Shown: one piece after another, positions 12,501 through 23,842 of the stretch
Numbering within the stretch: the first letter of the stretch is position 1
Layout: the number at the start of each line of letters is the position of its first letter
NCBI GenBank assembly: GCA_950097015.1
Contig: CATNEN010000008.1
Coordinates: 1,240,001-1,304,000, forward strand
Direction: 5' to 3'
Origin: Macrostomum hystrix
Lineage: Eukaryota; Animalia; Platyhelminthes
Length of the DNA: 64,000 nucleotides
Notes under the pieces: model-generated
What the model was told of the DNA's origin: nothing
Database searches by the model: none
What the model saw: the letters and a program-made list of their open reading frames with translations, nothing else
Translations under genes and position numbers: made by a program

Positions 12501-15018
12501 ATAAAGGAGGACAGGTAGAGGCCGAAGGTGGACAGAACCCGGTAGAGCTTGCACAGGTGCCGGCCGCCGTACCAGCTGCCAGCTGAGATGTTGACCAGTT
12601 CCACCAGCGGTGTCAGCAGGACTACAAGATCGGCGGCGGCCAAATTGAGGATGAAGAAACTCATCTGCATGTGGGAGAGAGTCGCATCCTCATGTGATCC
12701 AACCAGTTATCCAAAATCTCAGATAGATTGATAGCGATAGAAACTACACCTTCTATACACAGGTGTACAGCTAGAGGCACAGCCGCACCTATTGCGCTGC
12801 GCATCTGACGTCTGCGTACAGCTGTTCAGTCCGTGGACTGGGTGGACGCCACACCCACCCAGATTTCTTAGCCCAGCTAACCATGATACCAATTTTACAA
12901 CTGCGTAGACTGAAGCTGAAGAAGGGAATTCAGTATCTTACTCAATGGTACAAGTTATCTCTACATTATTAGACATCTAGCTAATAATCTAGACATCTAG
13001 CTAAATATATCTAGAAATCTAGCTAATAATCTAGACATCTGACTAAATATTTCCAGACATCGATCTAATAATCTAGACATCTAGCTAAAGAAATCTAGAA
13101 ATCTAGCTAATAATCTAGACATCTGACTAAATAAATCTAGACATCGATCTAATAATCTAGACATCTAGCTAAAGAAATCTAGAAATCTAGCTAATAATCT
13201 AGACATCTGACTAAATAAATCTAGACATCGATCTAATAATCTAGACATCTGACTAAATAAATCTAGACATCGATATAATTATCTTGACATCTAGCTAAAT
13301 GAATATAGAATTCGAACTAATGATCTAGACATCTAGCTAAATATATCTAGAAATCTAGCTAATAATCTAGACATCTATTTAACGATCTAAGCGTCTGAAC
13401 GGTTGACACTTCAAGCACAGAGACAGGCATAAAATTGTATATAGGGCGTGGTAATTTGATTGCGTCTACATGACACTAATAAGTTGTTAAGTAAAGTTAC
13501 TTCGAGATTTAGATTTTGCCCCATGTGCTAAACTTCAAGCACGAGAAAAGCTGTTTTTTAAATCGTTATTTTACTGTTTTTTTAATCTATACAGCAATAA
13601 ACAAAAAGGCCAAAAAATTATATCATACATTTTCCACTATTCAACAGCTGTGCTTATTTATCTACTGAGTCGCGCTGACAATTTTGCTGTTTCTTTATCA
13701 TCAGGCCTGTCAGACTAAACAAGGCCCTGTTTAGACCCTGACCCTGAAAATTTAAAATTTTCTAGATTTTTTATAACTAAAAGGAATTTCAGTCGTAGTG
13801 AATTTTTTCCGTCATAATAGTTGACAGCAAAACCCATTTTGCTGGTGGACTTTGTAATATATAACAAATTTCGTCTTGAGTTTTGAGTCTAGAAGACGCT
13901 GTCATACAGACGCTGTCCTACAGACGCTGTCTTACAGACCCTGTCATACAGACCCTGTCTTACAGACCCTGTCTTACAGACCCTGTCTTACAGACCCTGT
14001 CTTACAGACCCTGTCTTACAGACCCTGTCTTACAGACCCTGTCTTACAGACCCTGTCTTACAGACCCTGTCTTACAGACCCTGTCTTACAGACCCTGTCT
14101 TACAGACCCTGTCTTACAGACGCTGTCTTACAGACGCTGTCTTACAGACCCTGTCTTACAGACCCTGTCTTACAGACCCTGTCTTACAGACCCTGTCTTA
14201 CAGACCCTGTCTTACAGACCCTGTCTTACAGACCCTGTCTTACAGACCCTGTCTTACAGACCCTGTCCTACAGACCCTGTCTTACAGACCCTGTCTTACA
14301 GACCCTGTCTTACAGACCCTGTTTTACAGACCTTTTTATGCACGTCATCTTACAGACAGCCTGTAAGAGCCTGTAAGAGTCTTACAGATTGCCTGTAAGA
14401 GCCTGTAAGAGTCTTACAGACAGCCTGTAAGAGCCTGTAAAAACGATTTTTTTCTTAAACTGTCTTAAACATATCTCTCATTCCCGCTTTGACCAGGCAT
14501 TCCCATACACTATATTCCAAGCATGGGATCTGCCAATATGAGCGTAAATATCCCCAGCTAACCTTCGCCCCAATGCCGTGACCGGGGCTATGCGCGCTGG
14601 CAGAAGTCCCCGCTGAGACGCATCGGCAGCAGCGGCTCCAGCGAGATCGGCGACGCTGTGGACATTCGAACAGCTTGACTATCACGGTGACATTGCCGAC
14701 GGCTGACACAACTGCGATGAGCAGCAGGAAAGCGAAGGCCAGCGGTTTAAATGGTAATTCAGCGATTCGACAGCCGCCGACAAACAATGCACCGCTGACG
14801 TTGCCGGAGTTGCCACTAATTGGCCGGATGCTTAGGGCCAGGAATTTGCCGAGGTCCTCCGGCCTGTACTCGTAGGCCCCGCTGAGGTTGAATTCTTTAT
14901 CGAACGCGTCTAGCATCTGGGACCAGACGCTGAAGCAGGGTTTTGATTTGATTTCGCCAGACGGTGCAAAGTTAAGGATTTCCACCTGACGTTGGGCAGT
15001 GTCCCTACTGGCCGCCAT
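9563..15018 (-). CDS. Class A peptide GPCR of the GnRH/AKH/corazonin-vasopressin receptor group, six exons, ~472 aa
   Basis: Exons 15018-14563, 12664-12371, 11030-10631, 10539-10464, 10368-10286, 9672-9563; all GT-AG and in phase; total 1419 nt. Motifs: TM1 GN; TM2 FFILNLAAADL; ECL1 WYGGRHLCK; TM3 IAIDRC; TM4 CSLPQ; TM5 YGLPL; ICL3 RARMTSLKMT; TM6 CWAPHW; TM7 NSALNPLIYG; C-tail cysteines. Confidence 0.92.
9795..10235. repeat. ~29-bp minisatellite CCCGCATGAAGCCAACCTCACTCCCTG in the last GPCR intron
   Basis: About 15 units, degenerating towards exon 5. Confidence 0.92.
11388..11645 (-). mobile_element. tRNA-derived SINE copy
   Basis: Its reverse complement matches 34489-34830 and 60559-60880 (GCCTCTCGCACCAAGGTCCCTGAGCTCGATTCCGCGGCGAGGCC...CTGCCTGACGATGAGAAAGTCAGGGCAG). 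Confidence 0.85.
12968..13378. repeat. Composite ~21-bp repeat rich in TCTAGA (ATCTAGACATCTAGCTAATA variants)
   Basis: Visible tandem units in GPCR intron 1. Confidence 0.88.
13895..14332. repeat. 14-bp minisatellite ACAGACCCTGTCTT
   Basis: About 31 units; a related degenerate block follows at 14350-14440. Confidence 0.96.
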
Positions 15019-15237
15019 TGCTGCTCTGAAGAACTGCAGATTCTGTTATATTTTAAAACACCGTATCGCCTGTCCTCAAATGTCTGTGTGAGTAGGCGAT
15101 AATCCGCTTTTGTAGCCTCAGTTAGGAGGGTCAAATACTATGGGGTTTCAACCAATGACAGCTCGTCCCTTCGCTTGTAGGAGAAGGCAACTGCACACTT
15201 GTGTATCTCTTGGCTGCATTCGGCAGAAATATAAAAC

Positions 15238-16645
15238 ACGGGTCTGTAAGACAGGGTCTGTAAGACAGGGTCTGTAAGACAGGGTCTGTAAGACAGGGTC
15301 TGTAAGACAGGGTCTGTAAGACAGGGTCTGTAAGACAGGGTCTGTAAGACAGGGTCTGTAAGACGGTCTGTAAGACAGGGTCTGTAAGACAGGGTCTGTA
15401 AGACAGGGTCTGTAAGACAGGGTCTGTAAGACAGGGTCTGTAAGACAGGGTCTGTAAGACAGGGTCTGTAAGACAGGGTCTGTAAGACAGGGTCTGTAAG
15501 ACAGGGTCTGTAAGACGGTCTGTAAGACAGGGTCTGTAAGACAGGGTCTGTAAGACAGGGTCTGTAAGACAGGGTCTGTAAGACGGTCTGTAAGACAGGG
15601 TCTGTAAGACAGGGTCTGTAAGACAGGGTCTGTAAGACAGGGTCTGTAAGACAGGGTCTGTAAGACAGGGTCTGTAAGACAGGGTCTGTAAGACAGGGTC
15701 TGTAAGATAGGGTCTGTAAGACAGGGTCTGTAAGACAGGGTCTGTAAGACAGGGTCTGTAAGACAGGGTCTATGAGACAGGGTCTGTAAGACAGGGTCTG
15801 TAAGACAGGGTCTGTAAGACAGGGTCTGTAATACAGGGTCTGTAAGACAGGGTCTGAAAGACAGGGTCTGTAAGACAGGGTCTGTAATACAGGGTCTGTA
15901 ATACAGGGTCTGTAAGACAGGGTCTGTAAGACAGGGTCTGTAATACAGGGTCTGTAAGACAGGGTCTGAAAGACAGGGTCTGTAAGACAGGGTCTGTAAT
16001 ACAGGGTCTGTAAGACAGGGTCTGTAATACAGGGTCTGTAATACAGGGTCTGTAATACAGGGTCTGTAAGACAGGGTCTGTAAGACAGGGTCTGTAAGAC
16101 AGGGTCTGAAAGACAGGGTCTGTAAGACAGGGTCTGTAATACAGGGTCTGTAATACAGGGTCTGTAAGACAGGGTCTGTAATACAGGGTCTGTAATACAG
16201 GGTCTGTAATACAGGGTCTGTAAGACAGGGTCTGTAAGACAGGGTCTGTAAGACAGGGTCTGTAAGACAGGGTCTGTAAGACAGGGTCTGTAAGACAGGG
16301 TCTGTAAGACAGGGTCTGTAAGACAGGGTCTGTAATACAGGGTCTGTAAGACAGGGTCTGTAAGACAGGGTCTGTAAGACAGGGTCTGTAAGACAGGGTC
16401 TGTAATACAGGGTCTGTAAGACAGGGTCTGTAAGACAGGGTCTGTAAGACAGGGTCTGTAAGACAGGGTCTGTAAGACAGGGTCTGTAAGACAGGGTCTG
16501 TAAGACAGGGTCTGTAAGACAGGGTCTGTAAGACAGGGTCTCTAAGACAGGGTCTGTAAGACAGGATCTGTAAGACAGGGTCTCTAAGACAGGGTCTGTA
16601 AGACAGGGTCTGTAAGACAGGGTCTGTAAGACAGGGTCTGTAAGA
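15238..16645. repeat. 14-bp minisatellite AAGACAGGGTCTGT, the reverse complement of the 13895-14332 array
   Basis: About 100 units; the unit is the exact reverse complement of ACAGACCCTGTCTT. Confidence 0.97.
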
Positions 16646-17029
16646 TCTAGTTTAATCGCCAACCAAGTCACTTAATCAATTTCGATACTTAATAACGGAA
16701 CAACTAAGGACTAGAGTGCACCCTGAAGTTACAGGTGTATTTTTATGACTATTTTAGAAGACCCGCTAGCTTCGATCAGCATAATCCATGAATCAATGAA
16801 ATCAGCTGCCAGGTAAAGTAGAGAAGCCTTTATATGCAGTTTTTCTTTTAACTCACAGCTTGTCGTCGGGTACAGCAAACCCAGCAACAGACTTTGCTCA
16901 GAATTAGTGCGATGTCGTCGGGAACTTGAGCAATGAAGCCATGTAGGGGACAGGCTATAAATATAATAAATAATATGCACATTTAACCACCGCTGAAAAT
17001 CATATTTACTTTCTTATCCTAATCATTCC

Positions 17030-17710
17030 ATTCTGCTCATTCATCGTGTCAAATCATTCCATTCTGCTCATTCATCGTGTCAAATCATTCCATTCTGCTC
17101 ATTCATCGTGTCAAATCATTCCATTCTGCTCATTCATCGTGTCAAATCATTCCATTCTGCTCATTCATCGTGTCAAATCATTCCATTCTGCTCATTCATC
17201 GTGTCAAATCATTCCATTCTGCTCATTTATTGTCTCAAATCATTCCATTCTGCTCATTTATTGTCTCAAATCATTCCATTCTGCTCATTTATTGTCTCAA
17301 ATCATTCCATTCTGCTCATTTATTGTCTCAAATCATTCCATTCTGCTCATTTATTGTCTCAAATCATTCCATTCTGATCATTTATTGCCTCAAATCATTC
17401 CATTCTGATCATTTATTGCCTCAAATCATTCCATTCTGCTCATTCGTCGTGTCAAATCATTCCATTCTGCTCATTCATCGTGTCAAATCATTCCATTCTG
17501 CTCATTCATCGTGTCAAATCATTCCATTCTGCTCATTCATCGTGTCTAATCATTCCATTCTGCTCATTCATCGTGTCAAATCATTCCATTCTGCTCATTC
17601 ATCGTGTCTAATCATTCCATTCTGATCATTCATCGTGTCTAATTATTCCATTCTGATCATTCATCGTGTCAAATCATTCCATTCTGATCATTCATCGTGT
17701 CTTATCATTC
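17030..17710. repeat. 31-bp minisatellite TCATTCCATTCTGCTCATTCATCGTGTCAAA
   Basis: Period 31 (the repeat ORFs start at 17046, 17077 and 17108). Confidence 0.96.
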
Positions 17711-18195
17711 AGAATGATAAGATGATAAGATGATAAGAATGATTGGTTGGCGGCTGTCTATGGAAAATTGCTGCGGCTGCGTCAGGTTCAGCCGTGGCCA
17801 AATTGGTTGCAGTTTTTATCAAATAGAACGTAAAAATCTATATATTAGGAGTGTTAGTACGCGCGCTATTGAATAAGCAAAGCAAAGCTCGGCACGGCTA
17901 AAAGCTTCCACGGTCAAAATATGCAGACTGCGTCACAAAAGCGGGAAGCGGAAAATCTACTCAAAAATACATCGAAATTCAGAAGTCAGTCGAATAACCT
18001 GCCAAAGCTTTCGCCGGCCCTGATGGAGGAAGAAAGGAACCCGGACTCAAAAATATGACCAAGTTAGTCGACAAGGTAACAGAGGGCAGCATAAATATTT
18101 TCATCTTCCAGGAGCAAAGCGCAAAGAGCGAGGGAAGGAATAAAAAGTACCTGCATAAGAACAGTTTCTGCTGAACGTTGGATCTTACGGCAGCG

Positions 18196-19825
18196 TGTTC
18201 CAGGTGAGCCAGCTGATTGCTGATCTGTTAGACACAACTGGTCATGTGTGTGTGTGTTCCAGGTGAGCCAGCTGATTGCTGATCTGTTAGACACAACTGG
18301 TCATGTGTGTGTGTGTGTTCCAGGTGAGCCAGCTGATTGCTGATCTGTTAGACACAACTGGCCATGTGTGTGTGTGTGTTCCAGGTGAGCCAGCTGATTG
18401 CTGATCTGTTAGACACAACTGGTCATGTGTGTGTGTGTGTTCCAGGTGAGCCAGCTGATTGCTGATCTGTTAGACACAACTGGTCATGTGTGTGTGTGTG
18501 TACCAGGTGAGCCAGCTGATTGCTGATCTGTTAGACACAACTGGTCATGTGTGTGTGTGTGTTCCAGGTGAGCCAGCTGATTGCTGATCTGTTAGACACA
18601 ACTGGTCATGTGTGTGTGTGTGTTCCGGGTGAGCCAGCTGATTGCTGATCTGTTAGACACAACTGGTCATGTGTGTGTGTGTGTTCCAGGTGAGCCAGCT
18701 GATTGCTGATCTGTTAGACACAACTGGCCATGTGTGTGTGTGTTCCAGGTGAGCCAGCTGATTGCTGATCTGTTAGACACAACTGGTCATGTGTGTGTGT
18801 GTGTTCCGGGTGAGCCAGCTGATTGCTGATCTGTTAGACACAACTGGTCATGTGTGTGTGTGTGTTCCAGGTGAGCCAGCTGATTGCTGATCTGTTAGAC
18901 ACAACTGGCCATGTGTGTGTGTGTGTTCCAGGTGAGCCAGCTGATTGCTGATCTGTTAGACACAACTGGTCATGTGTGTGTGTGTGTTCCGGGTGAGCCA
19001 GCTGATTGCTGATCTGTTAGACACAACTGGTCATGTGTGTGTGTGTGTTCCAGGTGAGCCAGCTGATTGCTGATCTGTTAGACACAACTGGTCATGTGTG
19101 TGTGTGTGTTCCGGGTGAGCCAGCTGATTGCTGATCTGTTAGACACAACTGGTCATGTGTGTGTGTGTGTTCCGGGTGAGCCAGCTGATTGCTGATCTGT
19201 TAGACACAACTGGTCATGTGTGTGTGTGTGTTCCAGGTGAGCCAGCTGATTGCTGATCTGTTAGACACAACTGGTCATGTGTGTGTGTGTGTTCCGGGTG
19301 AGCCAGCTGATTGCTGATCTGTTAGACACAACTGGTCATGTGTGTGTGTGTGTGTTCCGGGTGAGCCAGCTGATTGCTGATCTGTTAGACACAACTGGTC
19401 ATGTGTGTGTGTGTGTACCAGGTGAGCCAGCTGATTGCTGATCTGTTAGACACAACTGGCCATGTGTGTGTGTGTTCCAGGTGAGCCAGCTGATTGCTGA
19501 TCTGTTAGACACAACTGGTCATGTGTGTGTGTGTGTTCCAGGTGAGCCAGCTGATTGCTGATCTGTTAGACACAACTGGTCATGTGTGTGTGTGTGTTCC
19601 AGGTGAGCCAGCTGATTGCTGATCTGTTAGACACAACTGGTCATGTGTGTGTGTGTGTTCCAGGTGAGCCAGCTGATTGCTGATCTGTTAGACACAACTG
19701 GTCATGTGTGTGTGTGTGTTCCAGGTGAGCCAGCTGATTGCTGATCTGTTAGACACAACTGGTCATGTGTGTGTGTGTTCCAGGTGAGCCAGCTGATTGC
19801 TGATCTGTTAGACACAACTGGTCTT
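18196..19825. repeat. ~60-64-bp minisatellite with a variable internal (GT)n tract
   Basis: Unit CAGGTGAGCCAGCTGATTGCTGATCTGTTAGACACAACTGGTCAT(GT)nTC; about 26 copies. Confidence 0.97.
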
Positions 19826-20899
19826 ATGTGTGAGCCATCTGAGACGCGCATTTGCTACCCCAGAGACTAAGACTCACTGAGGAAACTAAGAAGTGAAAGC
19901 CAAGTCTTTTGCAGTAGCTTTTCCATTTTTCATGCCAGTCTTTGAAGACTGGCACGCTTAGGTTGAATTCGGATCTTAAAACAGAATTTCTAATAATAAT
20001 AGTTCAACATCTGTGTCACTTAGCTCAAATAGGTGGGTATATCAACTTTCTTGATTTGATGCTGCATGCGTCACTAACTGACACTGCCGATTGAGAATAG
20101 AAATAGTAGACTAATGAAGTCTAATGGCGGAACAGCACTCTAATATATTTTGTGTTTAATAGCTCTTATAACCCTTTAGGGACACGAGAGGACGCATTCA
20201 TTTTGCAGATCTTCTGCAGAGTGCAATTAAACTGATTAACCTTAAAAGTTAATAAAGAATTTGCTTTATAAGGTTGACTGCGAATTTCAAAAGATTATAA
20301 CATTTTCGCAGCCCTAAACTAGTGGGCCCCGCCCGTTCCTGCAACTCAAGGTTCGCACGGTTCTTTTGAAATGAAAAAAAGCGACTAAAAGAAAAAAAAT
20401 TAGTATTTCGTAGTCCTCTGAACACAAGAAACAAAATTGCCCTACCGCTCAATCACTAAAACCTAGTTAGGCTCAGAACGGGGGGACGAAATCTGAGCAC
20501 CTTGATGCTACCTTTGTGAGGCTGGCAAAATGCTCGCGAAGATAATCCCCCTAATCGAACTCAATAGGACGCAACGCTACAGAGAACGAGGTGCTAAAAT
20601 CACGAGAGCTGTTCTGCCCACGCTCACTCATTCACTTAAGCTAAACTTCTAAAACTTTCCTTGAAAGGAGTGGAGGAGAGTGACGAGTTCTCAATATTTG
20701 ATGCTAGTTTGGTCACACTTTTGTTGTTGGCAATTGGCAAGATTTTCGATGACGTCTTTGACGATGAACTAACTTTCAAAGCCGTCCGAGTCAGCATCGT
20801 CGAGACATTCAGCGATTCTAGTCGAAGACACTGGCGAAAGGCCCCTTACCCCTTACCTGACGACAGAAACCAATAGTAGACCCGCTGCCAGGGAGGGGA

Positions 20900-21065
20900 C
20901 AATTCGGCCCATTTCACTGCACAGTGTACACTCTCACAATGCCCTGGGTGGTTGGCCCTCGCGGTTGTAAATTGCACTACAAGGCCCAAGCCTTCTCTCC
21001 GTAGTCTTCTCTCGAAATCAGGGACCTTGGAGCGAGAGGCAAACGCTCTGCCATTCACCCATCGT
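20900..21065 (-). mobile_element. Degenerate, partial tRNA-derived SINE copy
   Basis: Contains AAATTGCACTACAAGGCCCAAGCCTTCTCT and CAGGGACCTTGGAGCGAGAGGCAAACGC, the reverse complement of the family head and body. Confidence 0.75.
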
Positions 21066-21199
21066 GTCAGGTGCGTTTGTATCCAGATAAAAACGCTCTC
21101 TCGCTACCATTATAATTAAACTGCAGGTGAGAACCAGGCTTTACTTATTGAATCGGCAGCGCATAGCCAAGGAGCGATTCGTGTACCACGCGGACTTTC

Positions 21200-21838
21200 T
21201 TGGCCAACTACGCTTCGCAGCGCAGTTTGAAAGTCGACCAGCAGGACAAACTCAAGGACAAGAATCGGCACGAGCGCCTGCTTGACACTGTGGCCATAAA
21301 GTACGAGATGCTGGAGCAGTCACAGCTGGAGGACTGCGCCACCCGGTTCCTGCTGCTACGGCGCGAATTCCTGATACTGGACACCCTGTGGCGCCGCTGC
21401 CATCACCTGCTCATCGGCTTCCTTGCGGTGTTCGATTTCGGCTTCATTGGCGACAAGCCGCATTACGGCGTCAATCAGAAGTACTATAACGTGTTCACTT
21501 ATTTGAACCTGCAGGGCGAGGAGGTGAAATTCTTTGCCGACCCGAACAACCGGAACCTTCAGGACGTCACCAAGATCTCCTATATGGCCATGGAGCTGCT
21601 CGGCCCGTCAGTTGAAGACTGTCGCAACTACCTCCAGCCTTGGTACCAGAAGAGCGGCCTGCGAACCTTCTTCCAGGTGCGGACAGCGTTTCGCATCGTT
21701 GACCAGGTGCTGTGCCGGCTGTACATTCTGCACAAGGCGGGCTTCGTGCATCACGATTTGAAACCGGAAAACTTGGCTCTGGGGCTTGGCCGCGCAATGA
21801 ACACAATCTACCTGATCGATTTCGGATTCGCTAAAGAG
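21200..21838 (+). CDS. Casein kinase 1 family-like kinase exon (subdomains II-VII); incomplete, possibly a pseudogene
   Basis: VAIKYE, alphaC LRRE, MAMELLGPSVED, HHDLKPENLALGLG and IYLIDFGFAKE parallel CK1 (VMELLGPSLED...HRDVKPDNFLMGLG...YIIDFGLAK). Donor GAG|GTGCGT at 21838/9. No start exon or C-lobe exon identified. Confidence 0.8.
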
Positions 21839-22027
21839 GTGCGTTTCTTGTTCATTTTATTGAAAAAAAATAACGATTTTTATATTACTATGTTCATGCC
21901 ATGTAAAATTACGCGAAAGGGACGAAGAAGGCGCTAGAAAACGGCATATTTATAATATACCTTTCAAGTGTTTCTGTTACCTACTTATTGTCTTGAAATA
22001 TTAAGTAGATTTGGTGAAAGATTTTTT

Positions 22028-22620
22028 ACCTGCTGAGTCAAGCTGACCTACCTGCTCAGTCAAGCTGACCTACCTGTTAAGTCAAGCTGACCTGCCTGTA
22101 GAGTCAAGCTGACCTACCTGTTGAATCAAGCTGACCTACCTGCTGAGTCAAGCTGACCTACCTGCTGAGTCAAGCTGACCTACCTGTTAAGTCAAGCTGA
22201 TCTACCTGTTAAATCAAGCTGACCTACCTGCTGAGTCAAGCTGACCTACCTGTTAAGTCAAGCTGACCTGCCTGTAGAGTCAAGCTGACCTACCTGTTGA
22301 ATCAAGCTGACCTACCTGCTGAGTCAAGCTGACCTACCTGCTGAGTCAAGCTGACCTACCTGCTGAGTCAAGCTGACCTACCTGTTGAGTCAAGCTGACC
22401 TACCTGTTGAATCAAGCTGACCTACCTGCTGAGTCAAGCTGACCTACCTGTTGAGTCAAGCTGACCTACCTGCTGAGTCAAGCTGACCTACCTGCTGAAT
22501 CAAGCTGACCTACCTGCTGAGTCAAGCTGACCTACCTGCTGAGTCAAGCTGACCTACCTGCTGAATCAAGCTGACCTACCTGCTGAGTCAAGCTGACCTA
22601 CCTGTTGAGTCAAGCTGACC
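22028..22620. repeat. 22-bp minisatellite GAGTCAAGCTGACCTACCTGCT
   Basis: About 27 units. Confidence 0.96.
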
Positions 22621-23445
22621 AATATCGTTAGGTCAAAAGTTGTATTAAAAAATGGGAAAAATTGTACCTATTTTTGCTCCATAATTTATATTTTCCTCAA
22701 ATGCTGTTGCTGTATTTTTTATCAGTTTTTACTACCCACTTGAAAGAATATTAGACTGATAAGGCGGGATAAACAAATATATAATGGGTTATGAAAACTC
22801 AAAACCAAAAGGTGACAAATATAGTAGATTTATTTCTTGAATGATATATGTACAGCTCTGCTAACAAAATGTATTTATAATCCAGCTTAGGTGATCTGTC
22901 AAACTGTAAAAACAAGAAAACTAAGCGACGTTTATTACAAAAGTATTAAATTTACAATTTTGTCATGTCTTGTAACAAATCATAAGTGTAAGCAATACAA
23001 GCACAACAAACACCAATAATATAATTATTCTTATCTCGATAAATTTCAGTTTATATCAAGCTGACGTGTTAGAAGTTGACAATTAAGGCACAATACCACG
23101 CTATGAGCTATCATTTAACAGAATACCAATTTACAGAACAGAGGGACAAAAAACTACTGAACTGAGTAGTGAGAATTGTGCATGCACAGCCTAATCAATT
23201 TAAGAAGCGAAAATGTTTGTGAAAGCTGATAGAATGTTAAACGCAAAAACACTAAAACGCAAAGTGTCTAAAAAGTCCCTTACTTATATTATCGTCTGCT
23301 CTGTTTAGCTGCCCGATTGAGCAGCTAAAAACTACTTAAAGTAGTTAGATGACACATTTGCATCATCAAACAATTGAAATTGTCAAGAATTTGGTTTGTT
23401 ATATTAACAGGTTCGTAAAAAACCCGTTAGTAAAAGTTCGTGACT

Positions 23446-23670
23446 GGGGTGTTAAGCGGTTAACGCGTTTGTCTCTTGCGTCAGAGTCATGAGCTCGATT
23501 CCGCGACGAGGCCAATTTTTTGTTCAAGGCTTGGGGGCTTGAGGGCCAAACACTGCCTGAAAATGTAATCGGGAACTGATGTAAACACCTGTGTGTGAGC
23601 CTGTGTACAGTATGAGTGTGTGCTCAGATTAGGAGTCAACGGAATGGGCAGAATTGCTTATCAAAACTGC
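23446..23670 (+). mobile_element. Degenerate tRNA-derived SINE copy
   Basis: AGCGGTTAACGCGTTTGTCTCTTGCG...GAGCTCGATTCCGCGACGAGGCC...GGAGTCAACGGAATGGGCAGAATTGC matches the family. Confidence 0.78.
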
Positions 23671-23842
23671 TGCTATTTAAAAGAAAAAAATACAAACTAA
23701 CCTAAAACCCAAAATTATTGTAGAAGGAAAATGTGAGAAAGTTCAAGAAAATTTATATACACACATGACACAGACGAGCTAACAGGGGAAGATTGTATTA
23801 ACCAGAGATGAAAGAATGATTATGCAACAGCAGTGCTCAGAG

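Noticed and set aside
18196-19825. TTCCAG|GTGAG in each unit as recursive splice sites
   Set aside because: The array is not inside any intron I can demonstrate on the plus strand and lacks a polypyrimidine tract.
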